A stretch of 64,000 nucleotides of DNA from the NCBI GenBank assembly GCA_050250895.1, contig JBFWNU010000005.1, positions 32,001-96,000 of the forward strand. Reading direction: 5' to 3'. Position numbers and translations under genes: made by a program. The notes below the pieces were generated by a model. It was not told the DNA's origin, did not search any database, and worked only from the letters and a program-made list of their open reading frames with translations. This document shows, piece by piece, positions 16,867-26,366 of this stretch. How positions within the stretch are numbered: the first letter of the stretch is position 1; every line of letters starts with the position of its first letter. Origin of the DNA: Vulcanimicrobiota bacterium. GTDB taxonomy: Bacteria > Vulcanimicrobiota > Xenobia > Xenobiales > JADMJV01.

Positions 16867-18285
16867 GTGGATTTCGAACTGCCCGAGGTCGCCCACACGC
16901 GCACCCCAGAAGTCGAGGCGCTCTTGTTGGCCTGCGGACCTGACCCTGCCCCGACGCGCGTTTGGGTGAAGGTCCTCAAGTCCGAATTGGGAGCCAATCT
17001 ACTGGCCAGGCTCGGAGTCACGCTCTCGGCCGTCGAGGAGGGGCTCGTTCCCTCGGCGGAGTCGATGGACAAGGTCCTTGGACACGCCGCCAGTCTGGGG
17101 TTGATGAGGTCAAGCGATTGCAGCGAATCCTTCTTCCATGCCCTGTTGAACGATCCCCTCAGCAACTTCAGCCAGGCCGCGGCTGAGCAACGAGAGAAGC
17201 TCTTGTCTCTGGCAGAGCAGCGCATTCGTTCAGGCGAGTTGACCTGGCTCGAGTTTGGCGACCGGTTCACGCCCGAAACCGAAGGCGAGCAGATAGAACG
17301 GTGCCTGGTCAAAGCGAGCTGGATCCCTGAGAGAATTCGGGCCAGCTTGACCGAGCAGGCCAAGAGCTGGATCGGTCCGCCAATTGACGAACCTCTGGTC
17401 CTGGTTCCCAGCCTCGTGCAGTTAAAGCACCTTGCCTTTGCTCTAATCCGAAGTCCGGCCGTGCAGCATTTGATGAGCGGGGTGGGTGTGGTGCCCTCGC
17501 GCCTCGGCTACGCCTTCGAACGTCTGATGCCCGAGATGCCAGGAGAGTTGGCTCGACGCGAAGTGACGGTACCCCCGCGGATGTGGGTGGTCGTCCCGGC
17601 CTGCGAAGAAGCCCAGCGCCTGGGCCATGCCGAGGTCGTTCCCGACCATCTCTTGCTGGGCTTGCTGGCGGATGATGAGTGTGCGGCAAGCCTTGCCCTG
17701 GTCGAGGCCGGGTACGATCTGCGCCAGCTACGCCGCCAGGTTGAAGCCGGGCTACAGGCGGACCAGACTGGCGAGAGTCGCTTCAGCGAAGAGGCAAAGG
17801 AGGCTCTGGCCGCGGCCGCCTGGGCCACGCAGAGCTATCGGCCAGATTCTTTGTATTTGTTGGCGACGCTCTTGCCGATGTCGAGCCATCTCGACGAGTC
17901 GCTGGCGGACCTGCTGGGGCGAAGGGCCGCGGGCGACTTGGAGGACGGTCGCCTCGAGATGGGCGGGCTGTGGATCGGGATGCTCACCGAGGACGTCGTT
18001 TCGCGACTGGGTCCCCCAACCACGGTCGGCGAGGAGGAGGACCAACTTGGCTGGAGCGCCGACGGCGTCGTGGCGGTGATCTCTCAGGGAGCCGTGCGTC
18101 AACTGGCGGGTACGGAGATGATTCGAAATGGCCGGACGGTGCTTGGGTTTGGCGACTCGCGACGCAAGGCCGAATTGCTGCTGGGCCCCGACCTTTGCAA
18201 GCTAGTTCTCGGCGATGAGCCGGTCTGGGTGAAGGTCTCCTGCCTGGGAAACAAAGTCTGCATGATCTCCTTGGAGGCTGGTTAG
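16867..18285 (+). CDS. Clp_N repeat-containing protein without AAA+ module
   Basis: ACEEAQRLGHAEVVPDHLLLGLL...AASLALVEAG; FSEEAKEAL. Confidence 0.7.
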   Translation: MDFELPEVAHTRTPEVEALLLACGPDPAPTRVWVKVLKSELGANLLARLGVTLSAVEEGLVPSAESMDKVLGHAASLGLMRSSDCSESFFHALLNDPLSNFSQAAAEQREKLLSLAEQRIRSGELTWLEFGDRFTPETEGEQIERCLVKASWIPERIRASLTEQAKSWIGPPIDEPLVLVPSLVQLKHLAFALIRSPAVQHLMSGVGVVPSRLGYAFERLMPEMPGELARREVTVPPRMWVVVPACEEAQRLGHAEVVPDHLLLGLLADDECAASLALVEAGYDLRQLRRQVEAGLQADQTGESRFSEEAKEALAAAAWATQSYRPDSLYLLATLLPMSSHLDESLADLLGRRAAGDLEDGRLEMGGLWIGMLTEDVVSRLGPPTTVGEEEDQLGWSADGVVAVISQGAVRQLAGTEMIRNGRTVLGFGDSRRKAELLLGPDLCKLVLGDEPVWVKVSCLGNKVCMISLEAG

Positions 18286-18779
18286 TCCAGACTTCCAGCT
18301 GGAACCAGGCGCGCCGCGAAGTCCTCGGTCTCGGGGCTGGCATAGAACCGGAGTTCTCGACCGTCATTGGTTGTAATGACGGCAAATGACGGCGGCCCGA
18401 GCATCATGGTATGACTGCTATGGGCGTACCCTACCCGTGCAAGCAGAGTGTCCCACGCGTCCGCCTTCGCCTCCCGACGCCGGTCCGCGCAAAGGCTTTT
18501 CAACAAGCCCTCGAACTCGTCGATCGAGATTTCGAATTCGGCGGCGGGATTGGTTGACCAGTCGAGACCGGAGGGGCCGAACAGGCTGGCGCTTACCCGG
18601 GACTCCTGTGGAACCAGGGTCAAACGATAGCGCTCGCCGCCCAGCCGGACCGAGCAGACAAGTTCGTTGACCCTGGAGGCGTCAACCCAGAACGAGCGGG
18701 AGATGGCGAGCCCCGCCACGGTCAGCGTCAATCCCACCAGTAGAAAGACGACTACCCCTCGATTTAGGAAGCGCTCCAC
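18282..18779 (-). CDS. Hypothetical single-TM protein (paralog of 21930..22427)
   Basis: N-terminal TM; shared L.C...L....RL...P, AEF and A.PET..F...L.P motifs; TAAACT 6 nt before GTG. Confidence 0.7.
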   Translation of the reverse strand: MERFLNRGVVVFLLVGLTLTVAGLAISRSFWVDASRVNELVCSVRLGGERYRLTLVPQESRVSASLFGPSGLDWSTNPAAEFEISIDEFEGLLKSLCADRRREAKADAWDTLLARVGYAHSSHTMMLGPPSFAVITTNDGRELRFYASPETEDFAARLVPAGSLD

Positions 18780-18788
18780 CGTTCCAGT

Positions 18789-19100
18789 TTACAGCGAAGG
18801 CGCTGAGGTGTCGACAGGTTCGCTCAAGAAGAAGGCCTCGCCAAACTCGGGATGCGGCTGGATCGTGAAGCCGAGCCCTTCCAGCACACGTCGGAGTTTG
18901 GGATTCGGTTTGGCGCAGTGGACCGCATACACCACCCACTCGATCCGCTCGAGTTCGCGCCGACGGGCGATTGCTCGCGCCAACCTGGCGACGGCCGGCA
19001 AGATTCCCTCGCCCCTCCCTCGATGTGAGCTAATTTCGGCCCCAGACCTCCCTTCTGGGCCGAATCACAAAGCCACCTGTCGTCTTCCAGCTGGAAGTCG
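18789..19100 (-). pseudogene. Frameshifted hypothetical gene
   Basis: Two ORFs join as LAHIEGG[G]EGILPAVARLARAIARRRELERIEWVVYAVHCAKPNPKLRRVL if one G is restored in the G-run near 19011-19019; 5' end unclear. Confidence 0.5.
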
Positions 19101-19314
19101 TCCTGAAAATGTTCTGATTCCCTAACATTTGCAATGAGAGGATTGTCCCCGAAGATTACTCCCAACTTCAATCGGGGCCACAACGTCCATGATGGGCGCT
19201 TTCAGCCCTCCCCGTACCGTCCATGGCTGGCGAAGTCGTTTTTCAGTCAGAGACCCTGCTCGCAGCCTCCTGTGACACGAGCCGGAAACCCAATAACCAA
19301 GCCGTTTCGTCGCG

Positions 19315-19343
19315 TTGATCCGGGCCGGATTCTTGAGTAAAAT
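19315..19343 (+). promoter_or_regulatory. sigma70-type promoter of the HNH gene
   Basis: TTGATC-N17-TAAAAT; GGAGG RBS precedes the ATG at 19384. Confidence 0.6.
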
Positions 19344-19383
19344 GGGATCATTCCTTGATTCTTCTTCTACTCGGAGGTCGGCT

Positions 19384-20571
19384 ATGTCATCATCTCTATC
19401 GGGACTCTCCCACTCACTACAACAGCTCTCACACCAGCAACTACATCAGCGAAACCGCCAGGCCAGCCAGCGTTCTTTTGGCTGCGAATGGGAACTGGCC
19501 GCCCACCTGCTGGCCACCGAACGTAGCGGTCTCTATCGCCACATGGGCAGCGGAAGTGTAGTCGGCTACGCGATCCGCCACCTCCATCTGCATCCCCAAA
19601 AGGCCGGCGAACTCCTCAGTTTGGCCAAAGTTTTCGAGCAACTGCCCCTGATCTCAGAGGCCTTTCGCGAGGGCAAACTCTGCTGGAGCAAAGCCCGCGC
19701 TCTCAAGCGGATCACCACTCCCGAAAACGAACGCGAGATGCTGGAATTCGCCCTCAAGAACAAGGCCCAGACGGTCGAGCGCGCCGTGGCTCTGACTCCC
19801 ACTGAACACAAGCGCGGCCAGGCTTTGAAAGCTTCGCTCGAAGCTCGCGAAACCCAGCCTGGGCTTGAGTTTGTCGAGCAACCCGCAGAGGCAGTCCAAA
19901 AGCCAGCTACGACCTCCGTTCCCGCGGTTCCAAAGCTGAGACAGGTTGTTCTGCTGCTGACCCCCGAGCAGTATGCCATCTACGAGCAGGCCAAGAGAAT
20001 GGTCGAGGCGCGCCAGGGCAAGCGCGTCAGCAAAGAGACGGCCGTGGCCGAGATGAGCAGGGCTCTGCTCGCCTCGGCAGACAACCGCAGCAAAGTGCGC
20101 CATCAGGTCATCGTCCACGTGAACGGTGTCACGGGCGAAGGGTTCTACGATACCGACCGGGGACTGCTGCCGGCCGAACCGGCGGCCGTTGACGAGGCGA
20201 TGAAGCAAACCGGCATCGTGGTGGCTTGTCCCCCACCCGAACTTCCAGCTGGAAGTACCCAGCCCGAGCAATTGCCGTTGCTGCCGAGTCGGTCGAAAGT
20301 GCGGCCGGGCCTTCCGGTGGGTTTGGTGCGAGCCGTGCATGCTCGGGCCTTAGGCCGCTGTGAGCGATGTTCGTGTGCTGGCGGCAACCTGGTGGTGCAC
20401 CACGTTCGCGCCTGGTCCGAGACCCGGTGCCATCGGCTAGAGGACTTAGAGCTGTTGTGTCCGAGTTGCCACGCCAACGAGCACGAGAAAGACTTTGCAA
20501 CCCGGCCGCAGTGGAAGGCCGCGCGGGAGGCCGCCGTGCAGCGTCGGCGCACCAGGTCTCGCTCGGGCTGA
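19384..20571 (+). CDS. HNH endonuclease with DUF222-like N-terminal region (likely selfish/mobile gene)
   Basis: LYRHMGSGSVVGYA, LPLISEAFREGKLCWSKARALKRITTPENE; C-terminal RCERC...VHHVRAW...LELLCPSCHANEH. Confidence 0.85.
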   Translation: MSSSLSGLSHSLQQLSHQQLHQRNRQASQRSFGCEWELAAHLLATERSGLYRHMGSGSVVGYAIRHLHLHPQKAGELLSLAKVFEQLPLISEAFREGKLCWSKARALKRITTPENEREMLEFALKNKAQTVERAVALTPTEHKRGQALKASLEARETQPGLEFVEQPAEAVQKPATTSVPAVPKLRQVVLLLTPEQYAIYEQAKRMVEARQGKRVSKETAVAEMSRALLASADNRSKVRHQVIVHVNGVTGEGFYDTDRGLLPAEPAAVDEAMKQTGIVVACPPPELPAGSTQPEQLPLLPSRSKVRPGLPVGLVRAVHARALGRCERCSCAGGNLVVHHVRAWSETRCHRLEDLELLCPSCHANEHEKDFATRPQWKAAREAAVQRRRTRSRSG

Positions 20572-20573
20572 GG

Positions 20574-21473
20574 CTACCCGGTTTTCGGGCGGGGCCAAAG
20601 AGCCGGCGGCTTCTGGCGATTTTCGACCATGGCCTGGATTGCCTTCGGGGAGTGCCCCCGAGCGGCTAACACGCGGCGGGCGAAAGCTTCGAACTCGTCG
20701 CCCAGAACGTCTGCGACAAAGACCGGAAAGTGCCATTGTTCGCAGCGTTGTTGGGCCCGCGGCAGGTAGACCTCGCCGCAGACCTGGCAGGTCTGCTCGC
20801 GATCAAAGGGCACGGCCATGTCGGGCGTCGCCTTGCAGCGAGGGCAGTGGCCGAATGTCGTGAGATACCCCAGGTCGGAGTGGCCGTAGGGCGCCAACTC
20901 GACCTGGAGTGGCAAGCTGCTGCGCAGGGCCAGGCGGAAGTGGGCGAACTCTTCGCCGTCGAGGGTCTCGAAGAGCTGAGATAGTAGGCCACGCTGATCG
21001 TCGGTAAGGGGTGACTGGAGCCAGAGACCGTAATAGACAGGCTTCGTTTCAGGGAAAGCCGCGCGAAACGGCGCCTCCAGCCCAAGCTTGGCCACGCTCT
21101 CGAGCAGCCAATCCTCGGTCTCATCGGGATGGAGGTAAAAGGCACCGTGGCAACCCGCCGGCCGTTGACCGGCGAGATTGGCGTCGCAGCCGTGGCACAG
21201 ACTCGCGCCGTGCTCGAGCAGAGCCCCGTGCAAGGGGAAGCCGATATACGGAAAATCACGCCACACGCCAGTATCATCGGGAATGTCGCAGCCATCGACC
21301 AGACAGATGTTCTCGAAGACCTCGCCGTCTCCCAGGAGGCCCAAATCGAAGAGTTCCCGAGAGGTGGCCTCGGGCGAGTTGGAGTGGGTGCGGTAGGCGC
21401 AGGGTCGCTCGAGGCACCACCGCACCGCCTGGAGGGTGGCCGGCACGGGGGGGATTTCGCGCCGCCCGGTCAC
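20574..21473 (-). CDS. Hypothetical Cys-rich protein with zinc-ribbon motifs
   Basis: GTGA overlap with the upstream stop; CHGC, CPRC and CQVC motifs. Confidence 0.7.
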   Translation of the reverse strand: MTGRREIPPVPATLQAVRWCLERPCAYRTHSNSPEATSRELFDLGLLGDGEVFENICLVDGCDIPDDTGVWRDFPYIGFPLHGALLEHGASLCHGCDANLAGQRPAGCHGAFYLHPDETEDWLLESVAKLGLEAPFRAAFPETKPVYYGLWLQSPLTDDQRGLLSQLFETLDGEEFAHFRLALRSSLPLQVELAPYGHSDLGYLTTFGHCPRCKATPDMAVPFDREQTCQVCGEVYLPRAQQRCEQWHFPVFVADVLGDEFEAFARRVLAARGHSPKAIQAMVENRQKPPALWPRPKTG

Positions 21474-21919
21474 CTTGCCTGGAGGGTGTAGCTGTGGACC
21501 TGGCCGTTGTTGGGGTCGAAGTTCACCTGGAAGAGGCCGAAGTCGCGCCAACCAGCGGCCCAGCCACAGCCGGGACGGTCGATTCGCTGGGGCGGGCCAT
21601 AGAGGGCCGTGAGTTCGGCCTCGGTGGTGTCGCCGTCGAAGTGCCGCTCTCCGTGGCTGAGACGAAGTCCCGATATGCTCCGGACCCGCCCGTCCTCTCC
21701 GAACTGCAGTTCGCGGCGCTCGTCGTAGGCCCAGAGGCGGTGCTCGGCGTAGTCGGGCGGGCCCAGCAGGTCGCGCACCTGTGTCTCGCTATCGCCCAGG
21801 CGAACGCCGTCGACGGCGAGTTGCGGGGTGGGTCGATGGAGGAACACCACCAGGGCCACTCCGGCTAGCAGGGCAAGAAGCTCGATCGTTCTTTTCACGT
21901 CGAGCCTACGCACGCCCAT
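21470..21919 (-). CDS. Hypothetical exported protein (BamE/SmpA-like LG.P repeats)
   Basis: N-terminal hydrophobic segment; VRLGDSETQVRDLLGPPD and LYGPP repeats. Confidence 0.65.
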   Translation of the reverse strand: MGVRRLDVKRTIELLALLAGVALVVFLHRPTPQLAVDGVRLGDSETQVRDLLGPPDYAEHRLWAYDERRELQFGEDGRVRSISGLRLSHGERHFDGDTTEAELTALYGPPQRIDRPGCGWAAGWRDFGLFQVNFDPNNGQVHSYTLQAR

Positions 21920-21929
21920 AGGCGACGGT

Positions 21930-22427
21930 TCAGGGGGCCGGGGCTTGAGTGGCCCAGACAGAGGACGGCAAGAGCCCTACGACAAAGCGATTGGTCTCTG
22001 GAGTGGCTGAAAGGCTGACCAGAGAGCCGTTGGTCTTCTCCAACTCCACCCAGGCGTAGAACGTCGACTGAGGGTTGCCCTGGGACGGCCCCAGGTTGAT
22101 CCATCCCAGGCTATCGTCGAGTCTGTCATGGCGATATTCGGCGGCGACTCGCGCCATCAACTCCTCGAGTTGAGTCGGGGTGAGGGTGAATTCGGCGATA
22201 GGATTCTCGCTGTCGAAGTCACGCAACTTGCAGCGAGCGGACCCGCCGGTTGGAGTCACTTGCAGTCGCCACACGCCGGCGGGTAGCACAATTCCGCACT
22301 CGAGGGAACGGACCTGGGCCGGATGGAGACTGGCAGAGTACCACAGCCCCGCAAAGCCCGCCGCCGTCACCAGCAGGCCGAGCACCATCAGGGCAAGGGG
22401 GTCGGGCCGCGGCCGAGGAGAGTCCAT
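21930..22427 (-). CDS. Hypothetical single-TM protein (paralog of 18282..18779)
   Basis: TM helix; TATCAT 6 nt before ATG. Confidence 0.7.
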   Translation of the reverse strand: MDSPRPRPDPLALMVLGLLVTAAGFAGLWYSASLHPAQVRSLECGIVLPAGVWRLQVTPTGGSARCKLRDFDSENPIAEFTLTPTQLEELMARVAAEYRHDRLDDSLGWINLGPSQGNPQSTFYAWVELEKTNGSLVSLSATPETNRFVVGLLPSSVWATQAPAP

Positions 22428-22476
22428 CTCTGGATGATAGCAACGGGGCCGGCTGGTTGTCGATAAGCCGAATCTG

Positions 22477-23937
22477 CTAGCTGCGCCAGAAAGGCTGCAA
22501 CAGGCGCGACCAGTTGCGTTGCTTTTGCTGATATTCCCAGGCCATCTTGTCCAGGCGCTTCTTGGGGATCTGGGTGGCTACCGAGGCATGGGTGGTCGGG
22601 TCGGCCACGTAGAGATAGCCGAGCATGTCGTAGAAGCGCTGCTGGTCCAAGGCTGACTCGCTCCAGTATTTCAGCTGCAGCACGTTGATCTTCTCGGCGG
22701 CCAGGGTCTCGTACCAGCGGGTCAGGGGCAGACCCAGCGGGCGTAGCGACGGCTCGCTGGCCACCAGCACCATGGCCAGTTCGGCGGCGGCATCCTCGGG
22801 TTCGCCGGTGATGGCCAGGTCGGCGTCGGCGATGAGCGCGAAAGCGAACTCTTGCAGCATCGAGAATTTCTCGAGTGCGGCCATGGTCTCCGCCGTCTGG
22901 GCCGGTGGGTAGCGGCGCGAGAGGCGGGCCTCGGCGTCGTCGAAGAAGTCCTGGCTGAGCAAGATCTGGCCCGAGTGGGGCAAGAAGGCGTTGCGCTGGA
23001 GTTCGACCTTCTTATAGACCACCGTCAGGTTTTTGGGCAGTTTGAAAGTGGCTTGCAAAAGCGAGACCATCTGAGCGAAGTTGCCACGTCGCGTCAGTTC
23101 GGTGATGGGCAAGAGCTTGCCCTCGGCGGGAACGAAGGTTAGGCTGCGCGGGTTGGCGGGTTCAGGGGTGACCGTCTGCAAGCGATAGGGTCCCGCGGTG
23201 ACCTGGTGGGCTGCCAGCAGGCGACGCCAGCGGGCTACCTTTTGAGGATAGCGCTCGTGGGCCAGGCGCAGGCGGGTGTAAGGGACCAGCGGGCTGATGA
23301 TGGGGCTCAGTTCGGTGGGGTTCGAACCGTAGAGAAAGCAGAGTATCTTGTAGAAGCGCTGCGAGTTCATCGAGTGCTCGTCCCAGAAGGCCAGTTCCGA
23401 GAGGCGCACTTCGGAGCTGCCCATCAGGCGAAACCAGTTGGCCGCCGCCAGCGACTGTCCGACTCCGTGGTCAGAAAGCGCGTCAAGGCCAATCAGGGTG
23501 GCGAATTCGTCGGCCGAATCCTCTTCACGGCCGACCGCCGGCAGGTCCAGTTCATGAATGAGGGCATGGCCCAGTTCGTGCAGCAAGATGAAGTCGACGG
23601 TGGCTCGCGTCTGTTGCTCGGGGTCGGGCAGGCCCGAGCGGCGGAACAAGTCGAGCAGAAAGGCCACCAGGTTGTAACTGACCGTGATGCGGTGCTCGGC
23701 CGGGCTGTACCAGGCGTTGATCTTGGGGTGCTCTTGATAGACGATGGGCAGGGCCCGGGGCAGCCGGTAGGTGCGGTTGATATAGGCCGGCAGGTCGCGG
23801 TGAAGCGGGTCGGCTTGCAACAACAACCGCATCTGCTCGCCCCGAGCGGTCGTGCCGGGCTGCCACTCCGAGGTGACCGCCGGCTGGGCGAAGGCAAAGC
23901 TGGTGAGTAAGAGCAGAAGAAGAACTCTGAGAAGCAT
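22477..23937 (-). CDS. Secreted putative metallopeptidase, tandem DUF4344 domains
   Basis: Signal peptide; INAWY, LHELGHALI, GREEDSADEFA, WDEHS..QRFY; second degenerate copy. Confidence 0.85.
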   Translation of the reverse strand: MLLRVLLLLLLTSFAFAQPAVTSEWQPGTTARGEQMRLLLQADPLHRDLPAYINRTYRLPRALPIVYQEHPKINAWYSPAEHRITVSYNLVAFLLDLFRRSGLPDPEQQTRATVDFILLHELGHALIHELDLPAVGREEDSADEFATLIGLDALSDHGVGQSLAAANWFRLMGSSEVRLSELAFWDEHSMNSQRFYKILCFLYGSNPTELSPIISPLVPYTRLRLAHERYPQKVARWRRLLAAHQVTAGPYRLQTVTPEPANPRSLTFVPAEGKLLPITELTRRGNFAQMVSLLQATFKLPKNLTVVYKKVELQRNAFLPHSGQILLSQDFFDDAEARLSRRYPPAQTAETMAALEKFSMLQEFAFALIADADLAITGEPEDAAAELAMVLVASEPSLRPLGLPLTRWYETLAAEKINVLQLKYWSESALDQQRFYDMLGYLYVADPTTHASVATQIPKKRLDKMAWEYQQKQRNWSRLLQPFWRS

Positions 23938-23969
23938 AGCGGCAGTCTAGCCAGGTCCGTTGTGATTGT

Positions 23970-24443
23970 CTAAACGCTGACCTTGCCTTTGAGCACGTCC
24001 AGGAAGGCGCGCACCAGGTCGCTGGTGCTGAGCACTCCCACCACCACTTTGTCGCGGGTCACCACCACCCGGTGGATGCGAAAGTTGGTGAGGAGTTCGG
24101 CGGCCGCCCGCAGCTCAGCATCCTCTTCGATGTCGAGCACCAGCTTGGTCATGATCTCTCCCACGAATTTGTCGCTGGGGTCGGGCTCCATCAGTTCGAC
24201 GTAACGCCAGGAGGGGTTCACGTAGTACTCGGTCAGCTCGGGGTCGCTGCCTTTAGCCGTCTCGCGGGCGACGTCAGATAGCGAGACCACGCCCTGTAGC
24301 TTGCCTTCTCGGTCGACCACCGGAGCTCCGGTGATCTGCTTCTTGCTCAGCAGAGCCGTCAGTTCCGGTACCGGCATCTCGGGGGTAACGCAGATCGGCT
24401 CTCGTTGCATATAGTCACGAACCTTCATATCGGCTCCCTTCAT
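23970..24443 (-). CDS. CBS domain protein
   Basis: VRDYM...ITGAPVVD..GKLQGVVSLSD; IHRVVV...GVLSTSDL. Confidence 0.9.
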   Translation of the reverse strand: MKGADMKVRDYMQREPICVTPEMPVPELTALLSKKQITGAPVVDREGKLQGVVSLSDVARETAKGSDPELTEYYVNPSWRYVELMEPDPSDKFVGEIMTKLVLDIEEDAELRAAAELLTNFRIHRVVVTRDKVVVGVLSTSDLVRAFLDVLKGKVSV

Positions 24444-25369
24444 TTTCCCACACCTATCTCGAATAGGCCCGTTGAATCGGCTCGGGCGCGGGCCATGCCG
24501 GCAGTGTTAAACGGCATGACCGTGTGTCCCTGGCGGTCTACCGCGATGAGACCGCCACAGTCGTCAGGCAGGCTGGCGATGGCCGCGCGAGCAGCCTCGT
24601 CCAGGCTAACCTGTTGGTAAAGCATGCGGGCGCTGACGTCGTGGGCCAGGGCCCGGCGAATGAACTCTTCGCCGGTGCCGGTGCAAGACACGGCGCAGCT
24701 GGCGTTGTCGGCATAGGTGCCGGCCCCGATCAGGGGGCTATCGCCGATGCGGCCCCAGCGCTTGTTGGTCAGGCCTCCAGTCGAGGTGGCCGCGGCCAAA
24801 TTGCCCTGGCGGTCGCGAGCCACGCAGCCGACCGTTCCTTTTTTCTTTTCTTGCAGCTGAAGGCGACGCTTTTCGGTCGAGAAATAGCTGTTGTCGACTC
24901 GCTCCACCCCGCATTCGGCGGCGAACTCTTCGGCTCCAGCCCCGGCGAGCAGGACGTGAGGAGTATCGGTCATGACGCGGTGGGCCAGTTTGATGGGGTT
25001 CTTGACCGTCTTGACCCCGGCCACCGCCCCGCAGCGATGGTCGCGTCCGTCCATGACGGCGGCGTCGAGTTCATGCTGGCCGGCGGCGTTGAAGACAGCG
25101 CCCTTGCCGGCGTTGAAATAGGGCGAATCTTCGAGCATGGCCACCACCGTCTCGACGCATTCGAGACTCGTGCCGCCCTGTTCGAGAAGGCGGCTACCGG
25201 CGCGGAGCGCGGCTGTAAGGGTCTGTTGATAGCCTTGCAGTTCGTCGGCCGACAGGCGAGCTGGATCGGCGCCCGCGCCGCCGTGGATGACCAGGGCCCA
25301 ATCGGGCGACTCGGCCCAGCCCGGAGCCAGGGCGCACAAGCAAAGCATCAGCATGAGAGAGCGTCGCAT
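24440..25369 (-). CDS. iaaA: Isoaspartyl peptidase / L-asparaginase (Ntn hydrolase) with signal peptide
   Basis: IHGGAG, LEDSPYFNAGKG, GTVGCVA, ATSTGG, GRIGDSPLIGAG, SCTGTGE. Confidence 0.9.
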   Translation of the reverse strand: MRRSLMLMLCLCALAPGWAESPDWALVIHGGAGADPARLSADELQGYQQTLTAALRAGSRLLEQGGTSLECVETVVAMLEDSPYFNAGKGAVFNAAGQHELDAAVMDGRDHRCGAVAGVKTVKNPIKLAHRVMTDTPHVLLAGAGAEEFAAECGVERVDNSYFSTEKRRLQLQEKKKGTVGCVARDRQGNLAAATSTGGLTNKRWGRIGDSPLIGAGTYADNASCAVSCTGTGEEFIRRALAHDVSARMLYQQVSLDEAARAAIASLPDDCGGLIAVDRQGHTVMPFNTAGMARARADSTGLFEIGVGK

Positions 25370-25464
25370 CCCAGGCACTTCGTAACCCGCGACAAACCTC
25401 CCTGGGGCCAGCCGGCAAGCTCTTGGCAACAAATCGTTCGAAGGCTGGCTGATAGACTCCAGCC

Positions 25465-26349
25465 ATGGTCTCGACTCACTACACGCACTATCACTCGGGC
25501 AACACCCAGGATGTCCGCCCCCGTCATCGGGGCGGGCTGGCTCTGATTGGCGGAGGCGCCGATGTGGATTCGGCCTTTCGCTACTTAATCGACCGGGGCG
25601 GAGGCGGCGACTTCCTGGTGCTGCGGGGCAGCGGCGCCGACGGGTATCAGGACTATGTCAGCGAGCTGGGCGGGGCCAACTCGGTCGAAACGCTGGTGCT
25701 TCACGATCACGAAGCGGCCAGCGACCCTTTCGTGCTCGAGCGGATCGAACGAGCCGACGCCATCTTTCTGGCCGGCGGGGATCAGTGGAACTACGTGGGC
25801 AAGTGGAAGGGGACCCCTTTGCTCGAGGCGCTCAATCGGGCTTTGCTCAACGGAGTGCCCATGGGAGGCACTTCGGCCGGGCTGGCCGTGCTGGGCGAGC
25901 ATGTTTTCACGGCCGAGCGCGACACCATCACCAGCCAGCAGGCCATGGCCGACCCCTATCATCCGGCCTTGACGCTAGAGTCGGACTTTCTGAAAGCTCC
26001 CGCTCTGGAGGGTGTCATTACCGACAGCCACTTTTCTCAACGCGAGAGGATGGGGCGGTTGGTGAGTTTCATGAGTCGCCTCGAGCCCTCGACCGTGGGT
26101 ATCGGCGTGGATGAGGCCACCGCCGTCCTGGTGGATGGCCACGGTCACGGCGACGTGGTGGGGGAGGGAGCGGCCTATTTCGTGCGGGGGGACGGGCCGC
26201 CCGAGCATTGTCTGCCCGGAGAACCTCTGACCTTCGAGGGGTTGCACGGCTATCGCGTCGAAGCCGGTCAACATCTCGATCTGCCCCAGTGGACCAGTGA
26301 TGGCACACCGCTGGCGGTCTCGGTCAGAGAGGGCACGTTAGTGGATTGA
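25465..26349 (+). CDS. Cyanophycinase (peptidase S51)
   Basis: LIGGGAD, ADAIFLAGGDQ, GGTSAG nucleophile, DSHFSQRERMGRL, GIGVDEATA. Confidence 0.88.
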   Translation: MVSTHYTHYHSGNTQDVRPRHRGGLALIGGGADVDSAFRYLIDRGGGGDFLVLRGSGADGYQDYVSELGGANSVETLVLHDHEAASDPFVLERIERADAIFLAGGDQWNYVGKWKGTPLLEALNRALLNGVPMGGTSAGLAVLGEHVFTAERDTITSQQAMADPYHPALTLESDFLKAPALEGVITDSHFSQRERMGRLVSFMSRLEPSTVGIGVDEATAVLVDGHGHGDVVGEGAAYFVRGDGPPEHCLPGEPLTFEGLHGYRVEAGQHLDLPQWTSDGTPLAVSVREGTLVD

Positions 26350-26366
26350 AGGATAAAAAGGAGCGG

